From NCBI RefSeq assembly GCF_035371925.1, contig NZ_DAORXT010000002.1:2556-66555 (forward strand): a stretch of DNA of 64,000 bases. Reading direction: 5' to 3'. The position numbers were made by a program, and so were the translations under genes. Within the stretch, counting starts at the first letter, position 1; the number at the start of each line of letters is the position of its first letter. The notes under the pieces were generated by a model, which saw only the letters and a list, made by a program, of their open reading frames with translations, searched no databases and was not told the DNA's origin. This document shows positions 9,261-19,239 of this stretch, in pieces. This DNA is from Acetivibrio sp. Its GTDB lineage: Bacteria; Bacillota; Clostridia; Acetivibrionales; Acetivibrionaceae.

Positions 9261-10433
9261 CTAAACCCATTTGCTTTCATAGCGTCCCTTCCTAAATACC
9301 TTTCCGTTGTCCACAAACTGCTCGCCGTTTACAAATACCTTGTCAAGTTTTAAGTCTTCTTTTTCAAAGACTAGTATGTCCGCATCGCTTACCGGCCTAA
9401 TAACACCTTTTTTGGGGTACAGCTTAAGTATTCTCGCCACATTCACGGTGACGGTCTTTAAAACCTGCTCCATGCTCAATTTATTTGTCAGAATACTGTT
9501 CCTTATGTCATTAATAAGCTCATCTGTGCTGCCAATCCCTAGGCCGTTCCCGTTCTTTGCCGGAATGCTGCCATTGGCATCCGACGACACAGTAACCCTG
9601 TCCATATCCACTCCGGCGTCTTCTAGGAGTTTTAAAGCATCCGGCACCGCATATCCGGTCTCATTGGTCTCTCCGGCCGTCAAGTCTATGTTTCCGCCCT
9701 TTTTGGCATATTCTATTGCCTGGGAAAATAAAGTCTTGTTCCTGTTTAAATGGGTGGGCACAAACATCTCCATGGGAAAATCGGAATCCTCTACAAGCTC
9801 AATAACGGGCTCAAGCCCTTTTTTTCCGTCTCCCACATGTATATGGACAACTCCGGCCTTTTTCCCAATCAATCCTCCAATCCTGGCTTCACTGGCAACA
9901 GCTTTGAGCATGTCCGTCGAAGGATGGGAAGACCTGTGGTCCGAAACAGCTATCTCACCGACTCCAATAATCTTGTCAATCAGTGCTATGTCGGACATCA
10001 CACTTTCTGTAAGGGTAGCTGTGGGAACCCTGTAGCTTCCGGTATATATATATGTATTCAGTCCTTCTTCCTCCAGCGCCCGTGCCTTTGCCAAAAGGTC
10101 CGATATGCTTCTGGTTATACTGTCAGCTCCCAATACTCCCACAACTGTTGTAATACCTGCCCTAAGGCATTCGGATAACATAATTTCGGGTATTCTGCTT
10201 CCGGGACCTTCCTCCCCTCCTCCGCCTATAATATGGATATGCTGGTCAATGAAGCCGGGACATACTATCCTTTCGCTGCAATCAATAATTTGAAGGTCGG
10301 GGATAATGGATTCATCTATTTGGTTTTCCAATTTATAAATTTTATTTTGGACTACTAAAATATCCTTTTTTCCGACAAATTTCGGCGTATAGCATACTCC
10401 ATTTTTCAGAAGTTTGAATACTTTTTCTTCCAT
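9261..10433 (-). CDS. iadA: isoaspartyl (beta-aspartyl) dipeptidase, amidohydrolase superfamily
   Basis: 390 aa; PGFIDQHIHIIGGGGEEGP metal-binding motif and overall IadA architecture. Confidence 0.85.
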   Translation of the reverse strand: MEEKVFKLLKNGVCYTPKFVGKKDILVVQNKIYKLENQIDESIIPDLQIIDCSERIVCPGFIDQHIHIIGGGGEEGPGSRIPEIMLSECLRAGITTVVGVLGADSITRSISDLLAKARALEEEGLNTYIYTGSYRVPTATLTESVMSDIALIDKIIGVGEIAVSDHRSSHPSTDMLKAVASEARIGGLIGKKAGVVHIHVGDGKKGLEPVIELVEDSDFPMEMFVPTHLNRNKTLFSQAIEYAKKGGNIDLTAGETNETGYAVPDALKLLEDAGVDMDRVTVSSDANGSIPAKNGNGLGIGSTDELINDIRNSILTNKLSMEQVLKTVTVNVARILKLYPKKGVIRPVSDADILVFEKEDLKLDKVFVNGEQFVDNGKVFRKGRYESKWV

Positions 10434-10728
10434 TTCCTAAAAGCCTTTTCTACACTTTTATTTTTCTGTATATCTTAAAAGGTATAATGTGCAATTTTAT
10501 TGAGAAAATACTTAATTTTGATTTGAAATTTTTTCAAGCACGCAAATTTTTTTGTCGAAAAGTTAACATCCATTCGACGAAAATTCATATTATTTACTAT
10601 AATTCTATTAATTAAAGTTGATATATTCATTTATATTTGCTAAACTAAATTTAATGTTTTATGTAAATCTAGATGCTTTCTTGTTTGCCTCTCTATTATA
10701 GAGGTATAACAAGAGAAGAGGGTACCAC

Positions 10729-11421
10729 ATGGTACAATCTACTCAAAAATACAAATATAAAAATAAGTGTAAAAGGATGGTCAATGTGTCTTCAGATTTT
10801 GATTTTTTAACCGCAAAACAAAAAAAGGTATACATGGTCATTGAATCTTTCATCAAGTCCAAAGGTATACCTCCTACCGTAAAAGAAATTGGTGAACTGG
10901 TAGGTGAAAAAACCCCCGGTGCAGTGCAGGGAATACTTAACCGTTTAGAGCAAAAAGGAGTCATCAAAAGAGAGGTTGGTATGGCAAGATCCATACAGCT
11001 TGTTAACAACAACTCCCAATATGCACCTCATGTATATTTACCAAAAATTAAGAAAGTAAGCCAACGCAATGTTAACGACCTGCTTAGCATCTACAACATC
11101 ATCAATTACATTCCTGTTCCTTCCGAATTATTCCAAGAAAGCAGCGATTGCTTTGTAATTGATTGTCCGGACAACAGTCTTTTGGAAAGCGGAATCAAGT
11201 ATGGCGACTTGCTTGTAATAAGCAGAAATTATGAACTAAAAGACGGAGATATCGTTCTGATATTGTATGAAAACCACGTTCTTTTAAGATACTACACTCA
11301 TCACGAAAATCCCGATTTAATCACTTTAAAGGCTGATAGCGAATTGCTGGGTAAAGAAGTATTTAACAGAAATGAAGTTACAATAATCGGAAAACTTGTT
11401 GGTAAATATACAAAATATTAA
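10729..11421 (+). CDS. LexA-like repressor (winged-helix plus S24-like domain; catalytic lysine apparently replaced)
   Basis: 230 aa; N-terminal LexA DNA-binding fold (KGIPPTVKEIGELVG...GILNRLEQKGVIKR); C-terminal S24-like fold (DGDIVLILYEN, VTIIGKLVG); see finding. Confidence 0.7.
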   Translation: MVQSTQKYKYKNKCKRMVNVSSDFDFLTAKQKKVYMVIESFIKSKGIPPTVKEIGELVGEKTPGAVQGILNRLEQKGVIKREVGMARSIQLVNNNSQYAPHVYLPKIKKVSQRNVNDLLSIYNIINYIPVPSELFQESSDCFVIDCPDNSLLESGIKYGDLLVISRNYELKDGDIVLILYENHVLLRYYTHHENPDLITLKADSELLGKEVFNRNEVTIIGKLVGKYTKY

Positions 11422-11426
11422 GATTT

Positions 11427-11467
11427 TTCGCTTTGGCCTCTTTCATTTCATTCCAAGAGGCCAAATA
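11427..11467. repeat. 41-nt hairpin element, copy A (second copy at 48996-49036)
   Basis: TTCGCTTTGGCCTCTTTCATTTCATTCCAAGAGGCCAAATA; perfect 10-bp stem TTGGCCTCTT/AAGAGGCCAA with 12-nt loop; 39/41 identical to copy B. Confidence 0.7.
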
Positions 11468-11468
11468 T

Positions 11469-11498
11469 AAAGGCTCCGGATAGCTATCCGGAACCTTT
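11469..11498. terminator. bidirectional terminator between lexA-like gene and leuB
   Basis: AAAGGCTCCGGATAgcTATCCGGAACCTTT palindrome flanked by A/T runs. Confidence 0.55.
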
Positions 11499-11538
11499 AT
11501 ATTATATGTGCTATGTAATTTTCAGCTACTCAAAATTC

Positions 11539-12627
11539 TTATTTTAATTTTGAAATTATCAATCTACCCATTTCCTTGGTGCCGACCACATTCTCACGAG
11601 GAGTATCCGGCGATGCGATGTCCGCTGTTCTGTATCCCATGTCAAGCACACTTACCACAGCATTTTCAATAGCATCGGAAACATCTCCAAGGCCGAAGGA
11701 GTACTTCATCATCATAGCTACGGACAATATCGTGGCAATAGGGTTTGCCTTGTCCTGCCCTGCTATATCCGGTGCGGAACCATGTATCGGTTCATACAAG
11801 CCCAATGAGCCTTCTCCAAGACTTGCCGAAGGAAGCATACCTATAGAGCCGGTAATCATGGATGCCTCGTCGGAGAGAATATCTCCAAACATATTTGATG
11901 TAACTATAACATCAAATTGTGCAGGATTTCTTACCAGCTGCATGGCAGCATTGTCCACATACATATGATTAAGCTCCACTTCAGGATAGTCCTTAGACAC
12001 CCTTATAACTACTTCTCTCCAAAGTCTTGAGCTCTCCAGTACATTGGCCTTATCCACGGACATTAGCTTTTTATTTCTCTTCATGGCCGTCTCAAACGCC
12101 AGCCGTGCAATTCTCTCTATTTCAAACTCACTGTACTTTTCGGTGTCAAAAGCAGCCTGGCCCATATTTTCTGTCTGTACTCTTCCTCTTTCACCGAAGT
12201 ACATACCGCCGGTAAGCTCCCTTACCACCATTATGTCAATACCGTCTTTTACAATATCGGAGCGCAAAGGCGACGCACCCTTGAGAGCCTGATAAATAAC
12301 CGCGGGCCTTAAGTTTGCATATAATCCCAGTGCCCCGCGTATTCCGAGAAGACCTGCTTCCGGCCTTTTGTCTCCCGGAAGATTATCCCATTTAGGTCCT
12401 CCCACAGCCCCAAGCAGAACTGCATCAAAAGACTTGCAGAGCTCCAATGTCTCTTTGGGGAAAGGTTCGCCGGTGGCATCAATGGCACATCCGCCCAACA
12501 AACCCTCTTTTAATTCAAAACTGTGATTGTATTTCTCACCTACAGCTTCAATTACCTTAATCGCTTGTTCAATAACTTCCGGTCCTATACCGTCCCCCGG
12601 AAGAACTGCTATATTATACTTTCCCAT
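11539..12627 (-). CDS. leuB: 3-isopropylmalate dehydrogenase
   Basis: 362 aa; [23 protein letters not shown]-type motif ([12 protein letters not shown]), full-length family match. Confidence 0.95.
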   Translation of the reverse strand: MGKYNIAVLPGDGIGPEVIEQAIKVIEAVGEKYNHSFELKEGLLGGCAIDATGEPFPKETLELCKSFDAVLLGAVGGPKWDNLPGDKRPEAGLLGIRGALGLYANLRPAVIYQALKGASPLRSDIVKDGIDIMVVRELTGGMYFGERGRVQTENMGQAAFDTEKYSEFEIERIARLAFETAMKRNKKLMSVDKANVLESSRLWREVVIRVSKDYPEVELNHMYVDNAAMQLVRNPAQFDVIVTSNMFGDILSDEASMITGSIGMLPSASLGEGSLGLYEPIHGSAPDIAGQDKANPIATILSVAMMMKYSFGLGDVSDAIENAVVSVLDMGYRTADIASPDTPRENVVGTKEMGRLIISKLK

Positions 12628-12628
12628 A

Positions 12629-13132
12629 TTATGCCTCCTTGCTTCCCAGCTGTTTTTTAATATACCCGATAAGGCCGTCGGCAGCTATTATTTCCTGCAT
12701 AAATTCCGGAAAAGGTACTCCCATATATTCCTTGTTCTTTGACACATTCACAATCTTTCCGCTGTCAAAATCAATACTTACAGTATCGCCGTCGGATATA
12801 TCCTTTGCAGCTTCAGGACACTCAATAATCGGAAGCCCTATATTTATCGCATTCCTGTAAAAAATTCTTGCGAAGGTCTCGGCAATAACGCAGGATATTC
12901 CCGATGCCTTTATGGCAATAGGCGCATGCTCCCTGGAGGAACCGCATCCGAAGTTTTTGCCTGCAACCATAATATCTCCCTTTTGGACCTTTGATACAAA
13001 TTCTGTATCAATATCCTCCATACAATGCTTTGCAAGCTCGTTGGGATCTGAAGTATTTAAATACCTTGCAGGTATAATTACGTCCGTATCCACATTGTCA
13101 CCGTATTTTATTGCTTTTCCCTGTGCTTTCAT
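12629..13132 (-). CDS. leuD: 3-isopropylmalate dehydratase small subunit
   Basis: 167 aa; [13 protein letters not shown] motif; directly between leuC and leuB. Confidence 0.93.
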   Translation of the reverse strand: MKAQGKAIKYGDNVDTDVIIPARYLNTSDPNELAKHCMEDIDTEFVSKVQKGDIMVAGKNFGCGSSREHAPIAIKASGISCVIAETFARIFYRNAINIGLPIIECPEAAKDISDGDTVSIDFDSGKIVNVSKNKEYMGVPFPEFMQEIIAADGLIGYIKKQLGSKEA

Positions 13133-13186
13133 TTTACCACGCTCCTTTATCTCAACATATTCTACTCTATGGCATATTGCTTAGAC

Positions 13187-14446
13187 TTAAATTTCATCCG
13201 GTGAACCGATCCTGCCCAAAACAGCCGATGCTGCCGCAATAGCCGGACCTGCGAGATAAATCTCGCTTTCAGGATGTCCCATTCTTCCAACAAAGTTTCT
13301 GTTGGTGGTTGCCACAGCCCTTTCTCCTTTTGCAAGAATTCCCATGTGTCCTCCAAGGCATGGTCCGCAGGTAGGAGTACTTACTGCAGCTCCCGCATCA
13401 ATAAATATGTCAAACAGTCCTTCATTCATCGCCTGCTTCCATATCTTCTGTGTTGCAGGAATAATTATGCATCTAACATCCTCATGCACCTTTCTGCCCT
13501 TTAAGACTTCTGCAGCCACTCTCAAATCCTCAATTCTTCCGTTGGTACATGAACCGATTACCACCTGGTCAATTTTGATGTTGCCCACATTGTCAATGGT
13601 TCTTGTATTGGACGGCAGATGAGGGAACGCAACGGTAGGTTTTACCTGTGAAAGGTCAATCTCGTATGTAGCCACATATTCTGCGTCGTCATCAGCCTTG
13701 TATACCTTATACGTTTTTGTGGAATGTTCCTTTACATACTCAATCGTTTTTTCGTCAACTTCAAAAATTCCGTTCTTTCCTCCTGCCTCAATAGCCATAT
13801 TTGCCATTGCAAACCTGTCATCCATTGAGAGGTGAGCCACACCGTCCCCTGTGAATTCCATGGAGCGGTACAGGGCACCGTCCACTCCTATCATACCGAT
13901 TATGTGAAGAATTATGTCTTTTCCGCCCACCCATTTTCCGGGCTTGCCTTTCAATACAAATTTCATAGCCTCAGGCACCTTGAACCAAGCTTCTCCGGTT
14001 GCCATTCCGGCTGCCATGTCGGTACTTCCTATTCCTGTGGAGAAAGCTCCCAAAGCTCCATAAGTACATGTGTGGGAATCGGCACCTATTACAACATCTC
14101 CGGGCACCACAAGTCCCTTTTCCGGAAGCAGCGCATGCTCCACACCCATTTGTCCGATTTCGAAAAAGTTCACTATTCCCATTTCTTTTGCAAACTCTCT
14201 GATGAACTTGACCTGTTCTGCAGACTTAATGTCCTTGTTTGGCGTAAAGTGGTCTGGAACAATTGCTATTTTATTTACATCGAACACCTTGTCGACACCA
14301 ATCTTTTTAAATTCCTTTACAGCCACAGGTGTTGTTATATCATTTCCCAAAACCATGTCAAGCTTTGCCTTTATAAGCTGACCCGCCGAAACCTTGTCAA
14401 GTCCGGCATGATCTGCAAGTATTTTCTGCGTCATAGTCATTCCCAT
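13187..14446 (-). CDS. leuC: 3-isopropylmalate dehydratase large subunit
   Basis: 419 aa aconitase-fold; Fe-S cysteines in IGSCTNGR and TCGPCLG. Confidence 0.95.
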   Translation of the reverse strand: MGMTMTQKILADHAGLDKVSAGQLIKAKLDMVLGNDITTPVAVKEFKKIGVDKVFDVNKIAIVPDHFTPNKDIKSAEQVKFIREFAKEMGIVNFFEIGQMGVEHALLPEKGLVVPGDVVIGADSHTCTYGALGAFSTGIGSTDMAAGMATGEAWFKVPEAMKFVLKGKPGKWVGGKDIILHIIGMIGVDGALYRSMEFTGDGVAHLSMDDRFAMANMAIEAGGKNGIFEVDEKTIEYVKEHSTKTYKVYKADDDAEYVATYEIDLSQVKPTVAFPHLPSNTRTIDNVGNIKIDQVVIGSCTNGRIEDLRVAAEVLKGRKVHEDVRCIIIPATQKIWKQAMNEGLFDIFIDAGAAVSTPTCGPCLGGHMGILAKGERAVATTNRNFVGRMGHPESEIYLAGPAIAAASAVLGRIGSPDEI

Positions 14447-14572
14447 AATCTACTACCTCCTTTAAAATATGATAAAGCTCTAACGCCTTTTTCCTTTCAT
14501 ATATTAATACTAATTATAAGTTATGCCACTTTCATTTTCTTCTCGATATTTATCCTAATTTATGAGCCTTTT

Positions 14573-15490
14573 TTAATGTTTTTTGACTTGCACATTCTTC
14601 CGGTACTGGAGCGGGGTAAGCTTTACATACTTTTTGAAAATATCGTTAAACCTTTGCTGGTTGGAAAATCCGACACTTAGAGCAATGTCGCTTATTCTGT
14701 TGTTCGTATCCCGAAGAAGCTCCTTCGCCCTTTCCACCCTTACTTTCAAAAGGTAATTTATCGGACTTATGCCCATTTCCTCCTTAAACGCCCGGGTAAA
14801 GTAGCTTGTGCTCAAAAAAACATACCGGGCTATATCTTTTAGGGAAATATCCCTTTCATAATTATTGTTTATATAGCTTACAGAGGCCTGTATAAGCTCC
14901 TTGAGCTTCGGACTTTTGTTCTTTATACTGTTCTCCCATTCCATCTTTAAAGCGCGGGAAATAAGCACAAAGAGCTCCATAACCAAAAGATAGTTTAAAA
15001 ATTCACTTCCTATATCGGGATTCTCCTTTTCATTGAGTATCCTGTTTAGAAGAACTATAATATCGTTTTTTTGGCTCACTTTAAGCGTTATGAAAGCTCC
15101 AGTTTCCTTGCTGCTTACGAAATCCAGGAAGTTTTCCAAAGAGACATCGGAGTATTGACCGTCAAACCTGTTTATAAATCTAAAGCTCAGGACTATAAAC
15201 TCGCATCCGGACTCGGACTTGACAATAAATTTGTGGGGCTGATTGGGCTTTATTATAATGATGTCATTAGGGCCAATCTCCGCAGGATAACCCGCTATTT
15301 CAAAAACCGCCTTACCCCTTTTTATATACACCATCTCAAAGCATTCATGCTTGTTTGGCTCCATATGCCAGCTGGTATCATGAAACCTCTCAATGGTCTT
15401 CACTATCACAGGAATAAAAGTTGATGAACTGAGAAGGCTCTCCCATGCCTTTGGAAGAATATTATTATTATCCAATTTCCCCACCCCCAT
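14573..15490 (-). CDS. AraC-family transcriptional regulator with N-terminal cupin domain
   Basis: 305 aa; cupin-like N-terminus, C-terminal double HTH (SLKDIARYVFLSTSYFTRAFK ... ISDIALSVGFSNQQRFNDIFKK). Confidence 0.85.
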   Translation of the reverse strand: MGVGKLDNNNILPKAWESLLSSSTFIPVIVKTIERFHDTSWHMEPNKHECFEMVYIKRGKAVFEIAGYPAEIGPNDIIIIKPNQPHKFIVKSESGCEFIVLSFRFINRFDGQYSDVSLENFLDFVSSKETGAFITLKVSQKNDIIVLLNRILNEKENPDIGSEFLNYLLVMELFVLISRALKMEWENSIKNKSPKLKELIQASVSYINNNYERDISLKDIARYVFLSTSYFTRAFKEEMGISPINYLLKVRVERAKELLRDTNNRISDIALSVGFSNQQRFNDIFKKYVKLTPLQYRKNVQVKKH

Positions 15491-15521
15491 TAACCTTTAT
15501 AATCCAGGTATCAGCTGCGTT

Positions 15522-16139
15522 CTATTTCATCTTCCTGTTAAGCCCGGACATCCTGTGGGCCTTAAACAGGTTAAAAAACCTTGTTCCATCGCCGTCTGGC
15601 GTAGATATTCTAAAAATACCCTTGTTGACCTTTCTGGCATCTTCAATTGAATAAAAGGCATTCGAATTGCAACCTTCTATTATTTGAACAACTTCCTGCA
15701 ATTCCTTGCGTTTAATAACTGTATAAATTATCTTTACATCACCATTTTTACCCTCTGCATCCACAGCCGTAACACCAAATCCTGATTTTGAAAGCTGTTC
15801 TTTGAGCTCGAATTCGTTTTTATCCACGATAATCCTTACCACAAGAGTCCCTATCGCAAGCTTTTCTTCGATAATTATTCCGACAAAAGTGCCTGTGGCA
15901 AAACCCAATGCATAAGCAAAGTAACATACAAAATTATTGAGATTCTGCATAACCTGGCTTATTGCCACAATCCACACCAGTACCTCAAAAAAACCCAGAA
16001 TGGGAGCCAGATATTTTTTTCCTCTTGAGACAAATATAATCCTGATGGTTCCTATTGTTACATCGATAATCCTCGAGAAAAAAATAAGCAATGGAAGGAT
16101 AAGCCAGTTGAACAGTCCGGAACTCATTATATCCTCCAT
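15522..16139 (-). CDS. UPF0316-family membrane protein (DUF2179 C-terminal domain)
   Basis: 205 aa; three TM helices (IIDVTIGTIRIIFVSRG) then a soluble DUF2179-like domain. Confidence 0.75.
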   Translation of the reverse strand: MEDIMSSGLFNWLILPLLIFFSRIIDVTIGTIRIIFVSRGKKYLAPILGFFEVLVWIVAISQVMQNLNNFVCYFAYALGFATGTFVGIIIEEKLAIGTLVVRIIVDKNEFELKEQLSKSGFGVTAVDAEGKNGDVKIIYTVIKRKELQEVVQIIEGCNSNAFYSIEDARKVNKGIFRISTPDGDGTRFFNLFKAHRMSGLNRKMK

Positions 16140-16440
16140 ATTAATCGAATCATCCTCTCCACTTTGTGTTACATATAATTCTATCTTATATGTTCTGTAG
16201 CGGTCAACCTCCTATTACTTCCAGACAAAACCCCCAAATTCAAGCTCTGATTTAAAAATTATAAAGTCTCATTTTCGGTTCTAAGTACCCGATTTATAAA
16301 GATACTTCAACACCTTTTCATACTTCAAAATCAAATTTGTTTTTTGTATAATTAATTTGTATCATCAGGTTTGTCTTTCTGCCCGAAATACTTCTTGGAT
16401 ACTTAAATAAAAAAACAAGGCAATTTTGGAGGAAATATCT

Positions 16441-17373
16441 ATGAGGGTTACGGTTTTGACCTATTCGCGCCGGAAAAGTCATTTTATAAGAAAGATTATA
16501 TTTTATATTATTCTGCTTGCTTTAATTTGTTCTATTGCGGTTTCGGCCGTATCGGTTTTCGCAGGTTGGAAATTAATCCATCCGAAGAGATTAAACATTT
16601 TGGACTTTTCAGCGAATATTGTTCCTTCCTATACCGATGTTTCTTTCAAGGACATAACCGGAGAGCTTACGTTAAAAGGGTGGTACTTTAGTGTAACCGG
16701 AAGCAACAAGACTGTAATCCTTGCCCACGGATACGGGAAAAACAGGCTTAATTTCGGTGAAAGCACCATACATCTTGTAAAAAGTCTTCTCGATAAAGGC
16801 TATAATGTGCTTGCCTTTGATTTTAGAAATTCGGGAGAATCCGACGGAAACACAACAACCTTCGGGGTTTATGAAAAGAATGATTTGCTTGGCGCGATTC
16901 AATATGCCAAAGGCAAAGGCTCCGAAACAATAGTTCTCATGGGATTTTCAACGGGTGCGTCAACATGTATTCTGGCAGCTGCCGAAAGCAGCGATGTTGA
17001 TGCGGTAATAGCAGACAGCCCGTACTCTGACCTTGACGCTTACTTTGAGCAAAACATAAACAGCTTAACTAAACTTCCGGCAATTCCGTTTAACAAACCG
17101 ACAACGCTTGCAACATTTTTTCTGGCAGGTATCGAGCCCGATGAAGCAAGCCCGGTAAAGGCCGTACAGGCTGTTTATCCCAGGCCGATGCTTCTGATCC
17201 ACAGCAAGGACGATACCAAGGTGCCTGTTGAAAACAGCCGCTTGATATACAAAGCATACGCTTCCTACACAATTACATTTTGGGAAACCGGCGGCGCAGA
17301 CCATGGAGAAATCTATCAGTCCGACCCCAAAGAATATATCAAAAAGGTGACGGACTTTCTTGAAAAACTGTGA
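16441..17373 (+). CDS. membrane-anchored alpha/beta hydrolase
   Basis: ATG at 16441, 8 nt after GGAGG; N-terminal TM; nucleophile elbow GFSTGAS; C-terminal DH pair. Confidence 0.8.
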   Translation: MRVTVLTYSRRKSHFIRKIIFYIILLALICSIAVSAVSVFAGWKLIHPKRLNILDFSANIVPSYTDVSFKDITGELTLKGWYFSVTGSNKTVILAHGYGKNRLNFGESTIHLVKSLLDKGYNVLAFDFRNSGESDGNTTTFGVYEKNDLLGAIQYAKGKGSETIVLMGFSTGASTCILAAAESSDVDAVIADSPYSDLDAYFEQNINSLTKLPAIPFNKPTTLATFFLAGIEPDEASPVKAVQAVYPRPMLLIHSKDDTKVPVENSRLIYKAYASYTITFWETGGADHGEIYQSDPKEYIKKVTDFLEKL

Positions 17374-17378
17374 CAGCT

Positions 17379-18332
17379 TTAAAACATGTTTCTTTTGTAA
17401 AGAAATATTCCCACGGCAATAGAAATAACTGTTGAAATTCCAAGTATACCCCAAAATGCAAAGGGCGTATTGGCATCCAAACCAAAGGGCAGCTGTACGT
17501 TCATGCCAAAGAAACTGGCTATCATAGTGGGTATCGCCATTATTATTGTAATCGATGTCAAAACCTTCATCACGACATTCAGGTTGTTTGATATTATTGA
17601 AGCAAAGGTATCCATTGTGCCGCTTAGAATAGAGCTGTAAATGTTGGCCATTTCAATAGCCTGCTTGTTCTCTATGATTACATCTTCAAGAAGGTCCTGG
17701 TCCTCTTCATAGAGTTTTATATATTTGCCTTTTAAAAGTTTTTCCATAACTATCTCATTTGATTTTAATGACGTAGTGAAAAACACAAGGCTCTTTTCCA
17801 ATTCAAGCAGCTTGAAAAGCTCTTTGTTTTGAAGAGACTTGTGCAATGAAGTCTCCGCCTCATAAGATTTTTTGTCAATATGCCTCAGGTATCTTAGGAA
17901 ATCCTTTGCAATCAAATACAAAATCTGCAGCGTAAACCTTGTCTTTTTAAAAGTAAAATAGTCTTTTACTTTCTTCGCCTTGAAGTATTGAATCAAAAAA
18001 GTCTCCTTGCTGCATATGGTAATAAAGTAGTCTTCCGATATTATAATTCCTAAAGGTATGGTCTCATACTTTATATCTTTTTGATCTTTGTCCTCATACA
18101 CATACGGAATGTCAACAATCACCAGTGTCTGGTTGTCTTCAACGTCTATTCTTGGTTTTTCCTCCTCGTCAAGAGGGTCCCTTAGAAAATTGGGATGTAT
18201 ATTAAGGCTGCTTTCAACAAAGTTCAACTCTTGCTCAGTAGGAGAAACAATATTTACCCAGCACCCTTTCTCAAACTTCTCTATTTTAACCGGAAATTGA
18301 TCTGTATCGTAGGATTTGTAGATCTCAATCAT
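17379..18332 (-). CDS. corA: CorA-family magnesium transporter
   Basis: 317 aa; two C-terminal TM helices with FFGMN signature; preceded by an M-box. Confidence 0.9.
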   Translation of the reverse strand: MIEIYKSYDTDQFPVKIEKFEKGCWVNIVSPTEQELNFVESSLNIHPNFLRDPLDEEEKPRIDVEDNQTLVIVDIPYVYEDKDQKDIKYETIPLGIIISEDYFITICSKETFLIQYFKAKKVKDYFTFKKTRFTLQILYLIAKDFLRYLRHIDKKSYEAETSLHKSLQNKELFKLLELEKSLVFFTTSLKSNEIVMEKLLKGKYIKLYEEDQDLLEDVIIENKQAIEMANIYSSILSGTMDTFASIISNNLNVVMKVLTSITIIMAIPTMIASFFGMNVQLPFGLDANTPFAFWGILGISTVISIAVGIFLYKRNMF

Positions 18333-18404
18333 TGCAAATCATCCCTCTCATCCCTCTAAAAAGGCATAAAATAAAACTTTTTATATTTTCTCCTATTTAT
18401 TCAA

Positions 18405-18430
18405 ATAAAAAACTTCCAGACGAGTGGAAG
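18405..18430 (-). terminator. terminator of the M-box expression platform
   Basis: Minus strand CTTCCActcgtcTGGAAG followed by TTTTTTATTT, between the aptamer and corA. Confidence 0.6.
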
Positions 18431-18470
18431 CTATAAACATATTAAAGTATTATTTTTAATATATCTTTCC

Positions 18471-18620
18471 CTCGTTGAGCTTTAGCACTATACAGCTTAG
18501 GCTAACAAGACCAGCTGCATTAAGCAAAACCTTAATCCGGTAGTGCTTGTTAACCCATTGGCGTCTTTCGACGTTTCCGGGCAGCAGCGTCTTTCTGTAT
18601 AGGAGCCTCACCTAACAAAG
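18471..18620 (-). promoter_or_regulatory. M-box (ykoK-type) Mg2+ riboswitch aptamer
   Basis: Minus strand reads GTTAGGTGAGGCTCCT...GCTGCTGCCCGGAAACGTCGAAAGACGCCAATGGGTTAACA...ATGCAGCTGG...AGTGCTAAAGCTCAACGAG, closely matching my recollection of the B. subtilis mgtE M-box. Confidence 0.9.
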
Positions 18621-18639
18621 ATATTTAATTGCCACTATT

Positions 18640-18669
18640 ATTATATTCAATAAAGTATACTAATGTCAA
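18640..18669 (-). promoter_or_regulatory. putative sigma-A promoter of the M-box-corA unit
   Basis: Minus strand TTGACA-18 nt-TATAAT about 20 nt upstream of the aptamer. Confidence 0.5.
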
Positions 18670-18704
18670 CCGTCAACATAATTTTATGAAACAAATAATG
18701 AACC

Positions 18705-18733
18705 AAAATAAAAACCCCGGAAAAACCCGAGGT
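18705..18733 (-). terminator. terminator after the fliS/fliT-like operon
   Basis: Minus strand CCUCGGGuuuuuCCGGGG hairpin followed by UUUUUAUUUU, 7 nt after the stop at 18740. Confidence 0.5.
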
Positions 18734-18739
18734 TTTAAA

Positions 18740-19228
18740 CTATTTCTTTTTGTCAAAAAAGTATGAAGGCGGACTTACCGAAGCAGCCGAGCTATAGGCA
18801 GAGCTTATTCTTCTGCCTTCTCTTATTTCCCTTATTTTAGCTCCAAGATAATTTAAAAGGTTGTCTGCCTTTTCTTTATTTTTCTTTTCAGCTTCGCTTA
18901 TTTCCCTCAAAAGCTCCACTATCTTTACGACTATATCCTGTAACTCTTTTGCACCCTTTACGCCTAATCTTCCGGCCTCATCCAAGCTGCTTATCCCAAG
19001 CTTTTGCTTGAATGCCGTAAAGCACGCGTTGAATTCGTCGTCCAAACGGTTGATTTCATCGATTTTAGCCTGCTTTTCATCAATAAGATTCTGAAGCCCG
19101 TCCATGCCTTCTTCGTTTATCGTTTCATTTTGAGTCATGGTAAGGGAAAGTATGTTCTTTAAACAATTAAGCTTTTTTTCAGATATTTGAACAAGCGTTT
19201 GAATATATCCTTCCGGAGTATTGATCAT
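18740..19228 (-). CDS. putative flagellar export chaperone (FliT/FlgN-like)
   Basis: 162 aa, all-helical; sits directly after fliS, where B. subtilis has fliT; sequence similarity itself is weak. Confidence 0.45.
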   Translation of the reverse strand: MINTPEGYIQTLVQISEKKLNCLKNILSLTMTQNETINEEGMDGLQNLIDEKQAKIDEINRLDDEFNACFTAFKQKLGISSLDEAGRLGVKGAKELQDIVVKIVELLREISEAEKKNKEKADNLLNYLGAKIREIREGRRISSAYSSAASVSPPSYFFDKKK

Positions 19229-19239
19229 TAAAATCTCTC

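Noticed and set aside
10554-10578. Inverted repeat GTCGAA-N13-TTCGAC between iadA and the lexA-like gene, considered as a LexA/SOS box
   Set aside because: It does not match the Firmicutes GAAC-N4-GTTC consensus, and the spacing is wrong for a LexA dimer. It is kept only as a possible operator of unknown specificity.
13832-14680. 282-aa plus-strand ORF, and similar long antisense ORFs at 9307-10035, 42843-43391, 57506-58174 and 62801-63346
   Set aside because: They lie entirely opposite high-confidence minus-strand genes (leuC, iadA, maf, recD2, ftsH). They have low-complexity or Ser/Leu/Phe-rich translations and no RBS or recognisable family, so they are shadow ORFs.
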